From an uncultured Chromatiales bacterium (GTDB taxonomy: Bacteria; Pseudomonadota; Gammaproteobacteria; SZUA-140), in contig CAYLYS010000003.1 of assembly GCA_964388175.1 (NCBI GenBank), forward strand, positions 6,870 to 70,869: a stretch of 64,000 nt of DNA, in the 5' to 3' direction. Each line of letters starts with the position of its first letter. Position 1 is the first letter of the stretch. The notes under the pieces are model-generated. The model worked only from the letters and a program-made list of their open reading frames with translations. It was not told where the DNA came from and searched no databases. Positions 46,934 through 55,537 of the stretch are shown piece after piece. The position numbers and the translations under genes were made by a program.

Positions 46934-49900
46934 ATGCCGGAAAATCCTCGCATGGGTATCGCTATAAACGAACCGACGCTCTATGTCGGAGTCGGTGCTT
47001 CGGCGGGTGGGCTGGATGCCTGCGGGGAGCTGCTGGCGGCTGTGCCGGCCGATACCGGCATGGCATTCATTCTCGTATTGCATCTGGACCCGACGCGTAC
47101 GAGCCATCTCGCGCAGATTCTGCAGCAACACGCCTCAAATCTGACGATCGTGCAGGCCGAGGGCACGACCCGGCTTGAGCGCGATCACGTCTATGTGATT
47201 GCACCGAACTCCAAGCTGCATCTCGTCGATGGCATGCTGGAGGTCGATCCGCTCGCCGAGGACGAGGCGCGCGGCCAACTCGTGGATTATCTGTTCTCGT
47301 CGCTCGCCGAAGCGCAACGCACGCGCGCGGTCGGCGTTGTCCTCTCGGGAGCGGGGCATGACGGCACCGAAGGGCTCGGACGGATCAAGGCGGCGGGCGG
47401 GTTGACCATTGCCCAGGCGCCGGTTACCGCCGGATCGACCGGCATGCCGTCGTCCGCGATCAATGCCGGCGTCGATGCGGTGCTCGCGCCGGATGCGATT
47501 CCGGCGGCTCTCATCGCGTTCGCCGAGCATGGCGTGCGGCCGTTGCCGCGGCACGCGGAGGATGGAAACGACGGGCCGGGCGGTGCACGCGATCAGATGA
47601 TCGGCTTTGCGAGCATTCTGCATCAGATCGGTACGATGGCGGATATCGATTTTGACGATTACAAGCCCGGTACGCTGCAGCGCCGGGCCCTGCGTCGCAT
47701 GAACCTTAAAGGTATCGAGACGTGGGATGACTATGCGCATTACCTGGGCGATAACCCCGACGAACTCGATGCGCTCTATCGTGATGTGATGATAGGCGTG
47801 ACCGAATTCTTCCGTGAGCCCGCGGTTTGGGAGCGGCTTGCGGCGGAACTGCCGGCCCTGCTGGAGAGCCGGGGTGAGCCAGGAGCGCGCGCCTGGGTGG
47901 CGGGCTGCGCCACCGGCGAAGAAGCCTACAGTCTGGCGATGATATTGTTCGAGCAGTTGCCGGAGAAAGATCGCGGAAAGATACAAATCTATGCGACGGA
48001 TATCAACGAACACGCCTTGGCCATCGCGCGTCGCGGCATTTATGCAGCCGAGGCGCTGCAAGGTGTTTCTCATGAGCGGCGCGAGCAGCATTTCAAGCAC
48101 CACGACGGGCAGTTCAAGGTTGGCGATTGCCTGCGCAGCTGCGTGTCCTTCGCGCCGCACAATGTGCTGAGCGATCCGCCGTTCTCCAGAATGGATATCG
48201 TGTCCTGCCGCAATCTGCTGATTTATCTGAAGCCACAGGCACATGACCGACTCCTGAAGAGCCTGCACTTCGCGCTCCGGCCAGGCGGCTTGCTCGTGCT
48301 CGGTCGCGCCGAGACGCTGGGTCGTCAAACCCGATTGTTCGATGAGATCTCCAAACCTCAGAACATCTTCCGATCGCGCGCGATCCCGCAGCACGAGCGC
48401 TTTCGCGTTGATCCGCGGACGAGGGAGCATAGCCACGGTATCAGGCAGGCGGTGCCGCTGCCGCTGGTAATCCCGGCCCACCTGCGCGAATCGGCACCGG
48501 ATCGCCGTATCGATCAGTTTGTGCTGCGCCAGCACACGCCGGCCTGTGTCGTGATCAATGCCGATTTCGAGATTCGGAGTTTCTACGGTCAGACCCAGCC
48601 TTATCTCGCGCCGCCGACCGGAGAATCGCACCAGGATCTGCTGGCCTGGATGCGGCCCGGATTCTACATACGATTGCGTTCCGCACTTAAGCAGGTGGCG
48701 GAAAGCGGTGAACCGCTGGTCGTGGAGGGGCAGATCGATCGTGACGGCGAGATCCGTCATGTGCAATGCGCGATCGAGCAGATCCCGCCGGTCGTCAACG
48801 CCGAAGGGATGCTGTTGGTGACCTTCCAGGACATCGGCGCCTCCACGCCCAGGAAAATCGATCCGGCAGCGGCGCATGAGCCGCTCGTGCATGAGCTCGA
48901 AATGGAGCTGATCGCAACGCGACGCGAACTGCAAAGCACGATCGAGCAACTCGACGTGGCAGGCGAGGGCTATCGCGCGAGCCACGAGGAATTGATGTCG
49001 CTCAACGAAGAGCTGCAATCGAGCAACGAGGAGCTCGAGGCCTCGAAGGAGGAGCTCGAAGCGCTCAACGAGGAAATGAATACGATCAACCGGGAGCTCG
49101 AGGAGAAGAACGGCGAGTTGCGGGTGGCGAACAATGATCTGAATACGCTGTTTCTCAGCACGGGGATTCCGACCGTGTTTCTTGACCGCGAGTTGAAGGT
49201 GAGGCGTTTCACGCCGACCGCGACGACAGTCATGCATCTGGTGCCATCCGACATCGCCCGCTCGATCGAGCATGTCAAGGAGCGTGTGGGCGATGGGCAT
49301 ACCGCCGACAAAAGCCGACAGGTGCTCAGAACGGCTGAACCGGATACCACCGAGGTTTGGAGTGAGGGTGGCGAGCGCTGTTATGTGCGCAGTATCCTGC
49401 CCTATCGTTCCGAGGAGGGGACGCTCGACGGCGTCTGCATCACTTTTTCCGATGTGACCGAACAAAAGACCGTGGCGCAGGCAAATGAAGCCGCGCTCGC
49501 CTATTCGGAGGCGATCATTGAGGTTGTTCGTACCCCCTTGCTGATTCTCGATCGGGAGCGGCGGATTTTGTCGGTCAACAGAGCGTTGCAGCTGGCCTAC
49601 GGTGTCGGCCCGGAACTGCTGGGCAGCTCGCTGACGCAGGCGCAGGATCAGCCCTGGAATGTATCGGCGATCGATGACGCGGTGGCGGCGGTGTCGTCGG
49701 GAGGCGGCGAGGTCAAGGATCTCGAGGTTGTGGTCCACGATAGAACGATCCTCGTCAATGTGCGTCTGGTGCATAGCAGGGCTGGCGAAGACCGGATTCT
49801 GCTGTCATTCGAGGATGCCACGCAGCAGCGCGAATTTCAGCGCCGCTCCGAACAGCGGGCGGCGGAGTTCAAGGGCGATGAGCGTCGCAAGGATGAATGG

Positions 49901-50971
49901 ATCGCGGTGCTTGGGCACGAGCTGCGCAATCCGATCGGTGCGATCAGCAATGGAATCGAGCTGCTGAAGTCGACATCACTTGCGCCCGATCAACAGACAC
50001 AGATCGTCGGTATGCTGGAGCGGCAGATCGGCTACATCGCCCGTCTGCTCGACGATCTGCTCGATATCGCGCGCGTCATCTCCGGCAAGCTCGATATCGC
50101 GCGCAAGCCCGTGGATTTGATCGAAGTGGCGCGGTGGGCGCTCGACGCCTCCATGTCGCAGTTCAGCGCCAAGACGCATGAGATCTCGTTTACCCTGCCG
50201 CCCGCCAGAACGGTCTGGGTGCGTGGAGATCAGCTCCGCTTGCACGAAATTCTCGTGAACCTGCTCGACAATGCCGCCAAATATACGCCCCGTGGCGGCT
50301 GCATTACGCTCGAGATCGTCGCGGATGCTGAACAGGCCACGATCAGCGTGCGTGACACCGGCATTGGTATCCCGCACGATCTCAAGGAGCATATTTTCGA
50401 GATTTTCACCCAGGGACCGCGCACGCTCGAGCGCCTGGATCGCGGCCTGGGTATCGGTTTGTCACTGGTGTACAGCTTGGTGAAGCTGCACGGGGGCGAG
50501 GTCGAGGTGTTCAGCGCCGGCGCAGGCCAGGGCAGCGAGTTCAGGGTCAGGCTGCCGCGTATCCAGCATGCCGGAGAGGCGGCGCAGCCGGCTGACCATG
50601 GGCAGGAGCCGCTGCCGACACAAAGGTATTCTCGCGTCCTGATTGTCGATGACGAGGGTGACGTGGCGGATTCGCTCCAGCAGCTGCTCAAAGCGCTCGG
50701 CCATGAGGTGCAAGTGGCCGCGAACGGGTCGGCGGCATTGGACAGGGTGCAGACCTTCAAGCCCGAGATCGCCTTGCTCGATCTTGGACTGCCCGGTATG
50801 GATGGCTACAAGCTGGCGCGTCGCTTGCGTGATGAACTGCCGGAGGTGGTGTTGATTGCGATAACGGGCTATCAGGCGGATAGCGACCGCCTCAAGGCCG
50901 CGGGGTTTGACCATCATATGATCAAGCCGATCAGTATCGAACGCCTGTCGCGTTTGTTGCATCTGAAGTGA
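46934..50971 (+). CDS. Giant hybrid signalling protein: CheB methylesterase + CheR methyltransferase + coiled-coil + PAS domains + HisKA/HATPase_c + C-terminal receiver
   Basis: 1345 aa: CheB-like N-terminus (GASAGGLDA...VLSGAGHDGTEGL), CheR (FFREPAVWERL...WVAGCATGEEAYSLAM), ELQSSNEELEASKEELEALNEE coiled coil, H-box VLGHELRNPIGAI, G-boxes, REC (RVLIVDDEGDVADSL...DLGLPGMDG). Confidence 0.85.
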   Translation: MPENPRMGIAINEPTLYVGVGASAGGLDACGELLAAVPADTGMAFILVLHLDPTRTSHLAQILQQHASNLTIVQAEGTTRLERDHVYVIAPNSKLHLVDGMLEVDPLAEDEARGQLVDYLFSSLAEAQRTRAVGVVLSGAGHDGTEGLGRIKAAGGLTIAQAPVTAGSTGMPSSAINAGVDAVLAPDAIPAALIAFAEHGVRPLPRHAEDGNDGPGGARDQMIGFASILHQIGTMADIDFDDYKPGTLQRRALRRMNLKGIETWDDYAHYLGDNPDELDALYRDVMIGVTEFFREPAVWERLAAELPALLESRGEPGARAWVAGCATGEEAYSLAMILFEQLPEKDRGKIQIYATDINEHALAIARRGIYAAEALQGVSHERREQHFKHHDGQFKVGDCLRSCVSFAPHNVLSDPPFSRMDIVSCRNLLIYLKPQAHDRLLKSLHFALRPGGLLVLGRAETLGRQTRLFDEISKPQNIFRSRAIPQHERFRVDPRTREHSHGIRQAVPLPLVIPAHLRESAPDRRIDQFVLRQHTPACVVINADFEIRSFYGQTQPYLAPPTGESHQDLLAWMRPGFYIRLRSALKQVAESGEPLVVEGQIDRDGEIRHVQCAIEQIPPVVNAEGMLLVTFQDIGASTPRKIDPAAAHEPLVHELEMELIATRRELQSTIEQLDVAGEGYRASHEELMSLNEELQSSNEELEASKEELEALNEEMNTINRELEEKNGELRVANNDLNTLFLSTGIPTVFLDRELKVRRFTPTATTVMHLVPSDIARSIEHVKERVGDGHTADKSRQVLRTAEPDTTEVWSEGGERCYVRSILPYRSEEGTLDGVCITFSDVTEQKTVAQANEAALAYSEAIIEVVRTPLLILDRERRILSVNRALQLAYGVGPELLGSSLTQAQDQPWNVSAIDDAVAAVSSGGGEVKDLEVVVHDRTILVNVRLVHSRAGEDRILLSFEDATQQREFQRRSEQRAAEFKGDERRKDEWIAVLGHELRNPIGAISNGIELLKSTSLAPDQQTQIVGMLERQIGYIARLLDDLLDIARVISGKLDIARKPVDLIEVARWALDASMSQFSAKTHEISFTLPPARTVWVRGDQLRLHEILVNLLDNAAKYTPRGGCITLEIVADAEQATISVRDTGIGIPHDLKEHIFEIFTQGPRTLERLDRGLGIGLSLVYSLVKLHGGEVEVFSAGAGQGSEFRVRLPRIQHAGEAAQPADHGQEPLPTQRYSRVLIVDDEGDVADSLQQLLKALGHEVQVAANGSAALDRVQTFKPEIALLDLGLPGMDGYKLARRLRDELPEVVLIAITGYQADSDRLKAAGFDHHMIKPISIERLSRLLHLK

Positions 50972-51374
50972 AGCGGGGCGGTAGGTATACCAGGGTTCCT
51001 TGGCGCCGCGGCCGGGAACAGGCCAAGGGTCTGCCTGCAGAGCAAGCCGTTACTTCGAAGTTGCCAGAACGATTGCTATTTATGCAGGTTTCCTGTTGTT
51101 CTTAACGACAATCGCAATTTCCGTTGCAATATATGGGAAAATCCTTGCCATTAGGGGCGATAAACCGACCTACGGGAGGTTTGCAAAAATCCTGCTCTAT
51201 ACTGTGATGCTATACATCTCGCTTCCGTATATGCAGTTAGAGCTAAATGCATTCTATGGCCCTGCCGTATCCAAGGCGCCATCATTGTAGGCCGAAGAAT
51301 TGGGACGGTCATGCTCCGCTGATTGCTCGACACCAGCGCAAAGGAAGGACTTCCAAGCCACTAGAGGCGATACC

Positions 51375-51717
51375 GTATTTTGTGCCAACGCACCAGGAAT
51401 TGGTGGCGGGGTGGCTGCAGGATACGGACCGCAAGACCAAGCCGTTTCTGTTCCATCACGACGCGGTGAACAGCGTCAGCGAGGTGACGGGGCACAATGG
51501 CGGGACAACGCAAAGTGTCCTCTACCGATCATTCGGGCAGACGCAATCGACGACGGCAGCAGCCCGAACCGACTGAAGTACACCGGGCGAGAGGATGATG
51601 GGACGGGGCTCTATTACTATCGAACCCGGTACTGCTGGGTTTTAGGGCGGGGATCAATTTCTATGCCTATGCAGGGAATAATCCGATCAATGCCAATAAT
51701 CCCAATGGATTGGATAA
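51375..51717 (+). pseudogene. rhs fragment 1: YD-repeat end plus RHS core remnant, broken across three frames
   Basis: HQELVAGWLQDTD...FHHDAVNSVSEVTG..SVLYRSFGQ (frame A), SSPNRLKYTGREDDGTGLYYYRTRY (frame B), AGINFYAYAGNNPINANNPNGL (frame C). Relative to the intact copy at 52790-53010 there is a deletion of the YDPAIGRFVSEDPIRFK segment. Confidence 0.55.
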
Positions 51718-52152
51718 CTCAATAGTGTTTCATTCGGCGGAACTGCAGCAATCCTGCTTCTCGGAATAGGTGGAAATGTGAGCGTTGGCATTTCTGTTCC
51801 TGATGACTTGACTAATTGGCGTGGCTGCCGGGTATTCGGCGGTGCGCAAGCAAACCTAATGGCGGGCGGGGGTGGCTACTTGGGGTATGGTGTCAGCGCG
51901 GGAAAGGTCGAATCGGTTGGGCCATTGGATCCCAGTTTTAATTTGGATAATGGCTGGTATGCTGAGGCTGACGCAGGTATCGGGAGTGCGGCTATTGGTG
52001 CAAGCCTCCAAGGCCACGGAAAGCCTTTTAGTAGTTTGCCTTCTGGTGGAAGTGTCACTCCGCTTCCAAAGGTTGGCCAAGGCGCCGGCGTTTGGGTATC
52101 GCCGATAGGAACCTATGGTTCTGCGACTGCAGCATCATATACACATCGGTGA
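51718..52152 (+). CDS. Orphan rhs C-terminal tip CT1: Gly-rich, glycine-zipper-like putative toxin domain, out of frame with its core remnant
   Basis: …SFGGTAAILLLGIGGNVSVGISVPDDLTNWRGCRVFGGAQANLMAGGGGYLGYGVSAG…SATAASYTHR; reading frame opens right after the core NPNGL motif. Confidence 0.4.
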   Translation, partial: LNSVSFGGTAAILLLGIGGNVSVGISVPDDLTNWRGCRVFGGAQANLMAGGGGYLGYGVSAGKVESVGPLDPSFNLDNGWYAEADAGIGSAAIGASLQGHGKPFSSLPSGGSVTPLPKVGQGAGVWVSPIGTYGSATAASYTHR

Positions 52153-52543
52153 TGTCGTAGATGGCGTGACAGCGCTGTTCGGTGCTGTTGCCAGCTCTCC
52201 CGCGCAGAGTGCCGCAGCAAGCGGCGGGTTCCTTTATTTACCCGAACAAAGTAAACAACAACATGATGATTTCGGTATATTCAAAGTGACCAAGTATAGG
52301 AGCTTTGCTTCCTATTATGAGCTAGCGATTCTCCACGCATCCAAGTGGATTCTCACGGCTGTTTTATTTGTTTCTGCATTTATCTTAATCTTAGCGTGTA
52401 TTGATTTGATGGCGCCAATTTTCGCTGGCGCCTACGATTGGCGCACGGTCATGTGGGGAATCTTCATGATGATACTTTCTTACACAATTCGTCGCATGAT
52501 TGTTCGCCGATTGACATCAATCCGAAAAGAAACGAACTTCTGA
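52115..52543 (+). CDS. Putative immunity-like membrane ORF after CT1 (start uncertain; likely GTG/ATG within 52160-52420); contains a frameshifted echo of the conserved toxin tail (ASGGFLYLPEQSK)
   Basis: C-terminal part …KWILTAVLFVSAFILILACIDLMAPIFAGAYDWRTVMWGIFMMILSYTIRRMIVRRL has 2 TM helices. Confidence 0.3.
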   Translation: MVLRLQHHIHIGDVVDGVTALFGAVASSPAQSAAASGGFLYLPEQSKQQHDDFGIFKVTKYRSFASYYELAILHASKWILTAVLFVSAFILILACIDLMAPIFAGAYDWRTVMWGIFMMILSYTIRRMIVRRLTSIRKETNF

Positions 52544-52690
52544 CGAAGAGAACCTACCAGGGCTCGACCACCCGCTACGTCTACAACGCGGCGAATAGCG
52601 TTGGCACAACCACCTACACCTACGATGTGCTCTACTGCCTGACCGCCGTCAACCGTCCTGACACCGCCAACAACGAAGCCTATACTTTGG

Positions 52691-53563
52691 GTGCGCTGCC
52701 CCCGAACTTCGAACGCCCGCTACTTTACTACACTGCAAACACCAACCTGGAGCGCTACTTCCGGGGATCGAGCATCGACGAATTGGTGGCGGGGTGGCTG
52801 CAGGAGCAGCCCGAACCGATTGAAGTATACCGGGAGGGAGGACGACGGAACTGGGCTCTATTACTATCGCGCACGATACTATGATCCAGCGATAGGACGG
52901 TTCGTTTCGGAAGATCCAATCCGATTCAAAGCTGGCATAAATTTCTATGCCTATGTGACAAACAACCCGATTAACTATAATGATCCGACCGGAGAAATCG
53001 AGAACTGGCCAGGCGCGGTACGGCAAACTATAGGGATAATCGGGAATGCAGTTGGTGCTGTAGGTGGGCTTGTAACGAGTGGTGTAGGCGTGGTTCTCGT
53101 GGCCGCTCCCGAGCCCACCATGTTGAGCACGGCAACCGGAGTGCTTCTAATTCCTGCAGGGGGCTTCATGTATGGCTCCTCTGTGGATGGGATGAAGGAG
53201 AATTTCAATGCCCTGTTTGATAACATCTATGGAACTAGCACGCCATACGCGCCCGAGTTTAAAAATACCGTTACAAGTGGATTAGGTTTCAGCCCAGGCA
53301 ATCCTACTGTAAGCGGTATATATGACGCCGCCTCGTTCGCGGCCGGGATCCCGAGCGGGAGGATTGTAACTCAGCTGGGAAACTTACCATCAGCGCTTAG
53401 TACGGTTTCAGATATTGATGTCACTATAAGAGGGGTGGAATCTCTGATCGATTCATCGTCAACGATTTACGATTCGTTGTCACCCGGCTCGGCAAGTGGA
53501 GGTTATTTGCTGTACCCAAATAAACCAAACATGAATATGCTTCAAAGTGTGTATCAGAAATAG
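52691..53563 (+). CDS. Orphan rhs C-terminal fragment 2: intact RHS core end (NRLKYTGREDDGTGLYYYRARYYDPAIGRFVSEDPIRFKAGINFYAYVTNNPINYNDPTGE) fused in frame to a ~185-aa toxin domain (CT2) ending in the conserved tail
   Basis: Classic RHS core signature followed by IENWPGAVRQTIGIIGNAVGAVGGLVTSGVGVVLVA... and ...SASGGYLLYPNKPNMNMLQSVYQK*. The upstream YD-repeat piece (52540-52810, ...TYTYDVLYCLTAVNRPDTANNEAYT...DELVAGWLQ) is in another frame, so the module is N-terminally truncated and frameshifted. Confidence 0.6.
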   Translation: MRCPRTSNARYFTTLQTPTWSATSGDRASTNWWRGGCRSSPNRLKYTGREDDGTGLYYYRARYYDPAIGRFVSEDPIRFKAGINFYAYVTNNPINYNDPTGEIENWPGAVRQTIGIIGNAVGAVGGLVTSGVGVVLVAAPEPTMLSTATGVLLIPAGGFMYGSSVDGMKENFNALFDNIYGTSTPYAPEFKNTVTSGLGFSPGNPTVSGIYDAASFAAGIPSGRIVTQLGNLPSALSTVSDIDVTIRGVESLIDSSSTIYDSLSPGSASGGYLLYPNKPNMNMLQSVYQK

Positions 53564-53574
53564 CGGACGAGAGT

Positions 53575-53763
53575 ATGTTATACGGACTGTTAACATTGTT
53601 AATAGGTATTCTGATGTTGCTTTTTTCTCTGAATATTCTAACGCTGAAGAGTGCTCAGGCGGGAGATTTATGTGTGCTAAAGGAAAGATATGGCGCTTTT
53701 TTTAAGGTGCTTGGCGCGCTGATGATTGCCCACGCTCTGTTTACTCTTATAGGGGTTTACTAA
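53575..53763 (+). CDS. Putative immunity protein for CT2 (62 aa, 2 TM)
   Basis: MLYGLLTLLIGILMLLFSLNILTLKSAQAGDLCVLKERYGAFFKVLGALMIAHALFTLIGVY; starts 12 nt after the CT2 stop. Confidence 0.45.
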   Translation: MLYGLLTLLIGILMLLFSLNILTLKSAQAGDLCVLKERYGAFFKVLGALMIAHALFTLIGVY

Positions 53764-53816
53764 TTCTTAAAATTCTTGAGATTGCGATAAGCACAGGCGT
53801 TTTTGGCGTCCTCGGT

Positions 53817-54053
53817 GTGTATTTTTATCAGGTAAATAAAAAGAAGAAATTAAATAGAGGAAATAGGTGTGCTCGTTGCGGAGAGCATTTGGAGATGGGG
53901 AAATCTGTAAGGATGTCGGCATCGTATCGAGCATTTCTATTCTGCAGCGCTTGCGCGGAGCGAGAAAAACAAGCTGATGGAATTTTCTTTCTTGTATCAG
54001 CCTCGGCGGTTGCTGCATTGGTTGTGGTTTATTTGTGGAGCTTGCAAGAATAG
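53817..54053 (+). CDS. Small zinc-ribbon (CxxC...CxxC) protein with C-terminal TM helix
   Basis: RCARCGEHLEMG...FCSACAEREK...IFFLVSASAVAALVVVYLWSL; GTG start. Confidence 0.35.
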   Translation: MYFYQVNKKKKLNRGNRCARCGEHLEMGKSVRMSASYRAFLFCSACAEREKQADGIFFLVSASAVAALVVVYLWSLQE

Positions 54054-54074
54054 TGAGCCTGCCTGTGGCTCGGT

Positions 54075-54150
54075 TCCTATGCTGTAGCAGCATAGCTTGA
54101 GCCCCTGTGTACTGCTGACCTGTGTACTGCCGATAGGCAATCTTCTATCG
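54075..54150 (+). repeat. Cassette-junction repeat, copy A (contains the inverted repeat CTATGCTG-TAG-CAGCATAG)
   Basis: ~75-bp segment nearly identical to 56234-56300; each copy lies just downstream of an immunity-like ORF and upstream of an rhs remnant. Confidence 0.6.
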
Positions 54151-54250
54151 ATTCCGTTCGAGCTTCCAAAATTTCAGCGCGAGTGGAGGATTCCTTGTTT
54201 ACCCTAACAAGTCAAATATAAACATGATGCAGTCAGTGTATAGGAAATGA
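54139..54250 (+). pseudogene. Remnant of a toxin C-terminus retaining only the conserved tail (…FQNFSASGGFLVYPNKSNINMMQSVYRK*)
   Basis: 37-codon open frame starting after TAG within the junction repeat; tail motif matches CT2 and CT3. Confidence 0.45.
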
Positions 54251-54585
54251 ATACCTTTATCTCGATCGTTAGGCGCGTTGCTTTGTGTGTTGTGTTTTCT
54301 TTGTTTTGTGGGTATGCATTTCTATCAGTAGAATCTCTAGTTTGTGGTTCATCCGGCGGAGGTTCTTCTGCGGGTGGTGGGGCCGCAGTGGGTATGCTCG
54401 CCATCGCTGTGGCTATCGGAATGTTCGTGGTTACGTTTCTACCTTTGGCTATTGTTGATGTTGGGAGAGGGGCTGGCGTCTGGCGCCTTTCGTTGACTTT
54501 CAAGAGAGAGTTTATTTTTGTGTTGGGAGTTTTTTTGGCAATTCAGATTGTTTTAGGCGGCGTGTTGTTTTTTAAAGGATGTTAA
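54247..54585 (+). CDS. Putative immunity membrane protein (112 aa, 3 TM), ATGA-coupled to the tail remnant
   Basis: MNTFISIVRRVALCVVFSLFCGYAFLSVESLVCGSSGGGSSAGGGAAVGMLAIAVAIGMFVVTFLPLAIV... Confidence 0.45.
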   Translation: MNTFISIVRRVALCVVFSLFCGYAFLSVESLVCGSSGGGSSAGGGAAVGMLAIAVAIGMFVVTFLPLAIVDVGRGAGVWRLSLTFKREFIFVLGVFLAIQIVLGGVLFFKGC

Positions 54586-54837
54586 GGGCCGGTAAGTAGT
54601 TTTGTGTTTGTGATACAGCGCAGCTATTACTGAAGGATGCGGTTCGTATGAGACGGTAATCGCCCTAGTAATTTTAGATAATTTAAATAGATTGTCTGAG
54701 ATTAAGATGTTCAAAAGAATATACATGGTGGTAAATCGCTGATTCTTGCGTAACCATCGCGCCGCTGCGCGCCGATAGGGAAATCAATCGCTATTTCCTG
54801 ATGCAGCATGCCGTGCTTCAACAGAGGAGGAGAGGGT

Positions 54838-54996
54838 ATGGTTGCCGACCCCTGCAAATCGCCAGAGATACCGTATCCAGCGCCAGTGCCCAGATTACTA
54901 TGCTCCAAATCTCGCCGCGAACACGCAAGGAAAATTCGGTCCGCATCCGTTACGATCCGCAGAATGTTGTCCTGCAATAAATCCAATGAAGTATAA
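54838..54996 (+). CDS. Small basic Cys-containing hypothetical protein with a very strong SD
   Basis: GAGGAGGAGAGGGT-ATG; MVADPCKSPEIPYPAPVPRLLCSKSRREHARKIRSASVTIRRMLSCNK. Confidence 0.3.
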   Translation: MVADPCKSPEIPYPAPVPRLLCSKSRREHARKIRSASVTIRRMLSCNKSNEV

Positions 54997-55306
54997 CCTT
55001 GTAGTCATGATGGCTGGGGTGGCGTTCCTAGTCTTGGGTGCGCACTCTATTTTTTTCGATATGCCTGGTCTAGGTATGGTGGTGTGATCGATTTTGGCGA
55101 CGATCATATAGTAGGGGGGGTAATCAGGGTCGTTATTGGGTTGATACTAATTTACTTCGCAAGGACCGCTAAGTGACAATCAACAGAGAATCCGGATATC
55201 TGTAGCATGCAGATTTCACGCCCGCTTCGCACTAAGTACAAACTACTATTGCCTGCTGCGGAATGCCGCATAGACCGCGAACACCGCAACAGAAATCGAC
55301 GGCGAT

Positions 55307-55534
55307 GTGATCCCGCGGGGCGGTGGCTCTGTGGTTAAGACCTTCACCACGAACTCGGCGGGCTTCCTGAACGTGGATCTGTGGGATTTGTTTACTCCCG
55401 ACGGCTTCGATGTGCTGGAGCTTCGGATCATGAATCCGGCCAATCAGACAGTGCTGCTCCTGAACGGAGCGTGGGGGGGGGTGATTCCGGATCTTTCAAC
55501 GCGGAGGCGAACAGCCTCTACACTGTGCAGGTGA
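55307..55534 (+). pseudogene. rhs-related fragment containing a G9 homopolymer tract (55473-55481) and ending at an in-frame TGA directly before CT3
   Basis: …VKTFTTNSAGFLNVDLWDLFTPDGFDVLELRIMNPANQTVLLLNGAWGGVIPDL…LCR*; a G9 run is slippage-prone. Confidence 0.35.
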
Positions 55535-55537
55535 ATT

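Noticed and set aside
47135-49774. 879-aa minus ORF
   Set aside because: Antisense to the CheB/CheR hybrid kinase.
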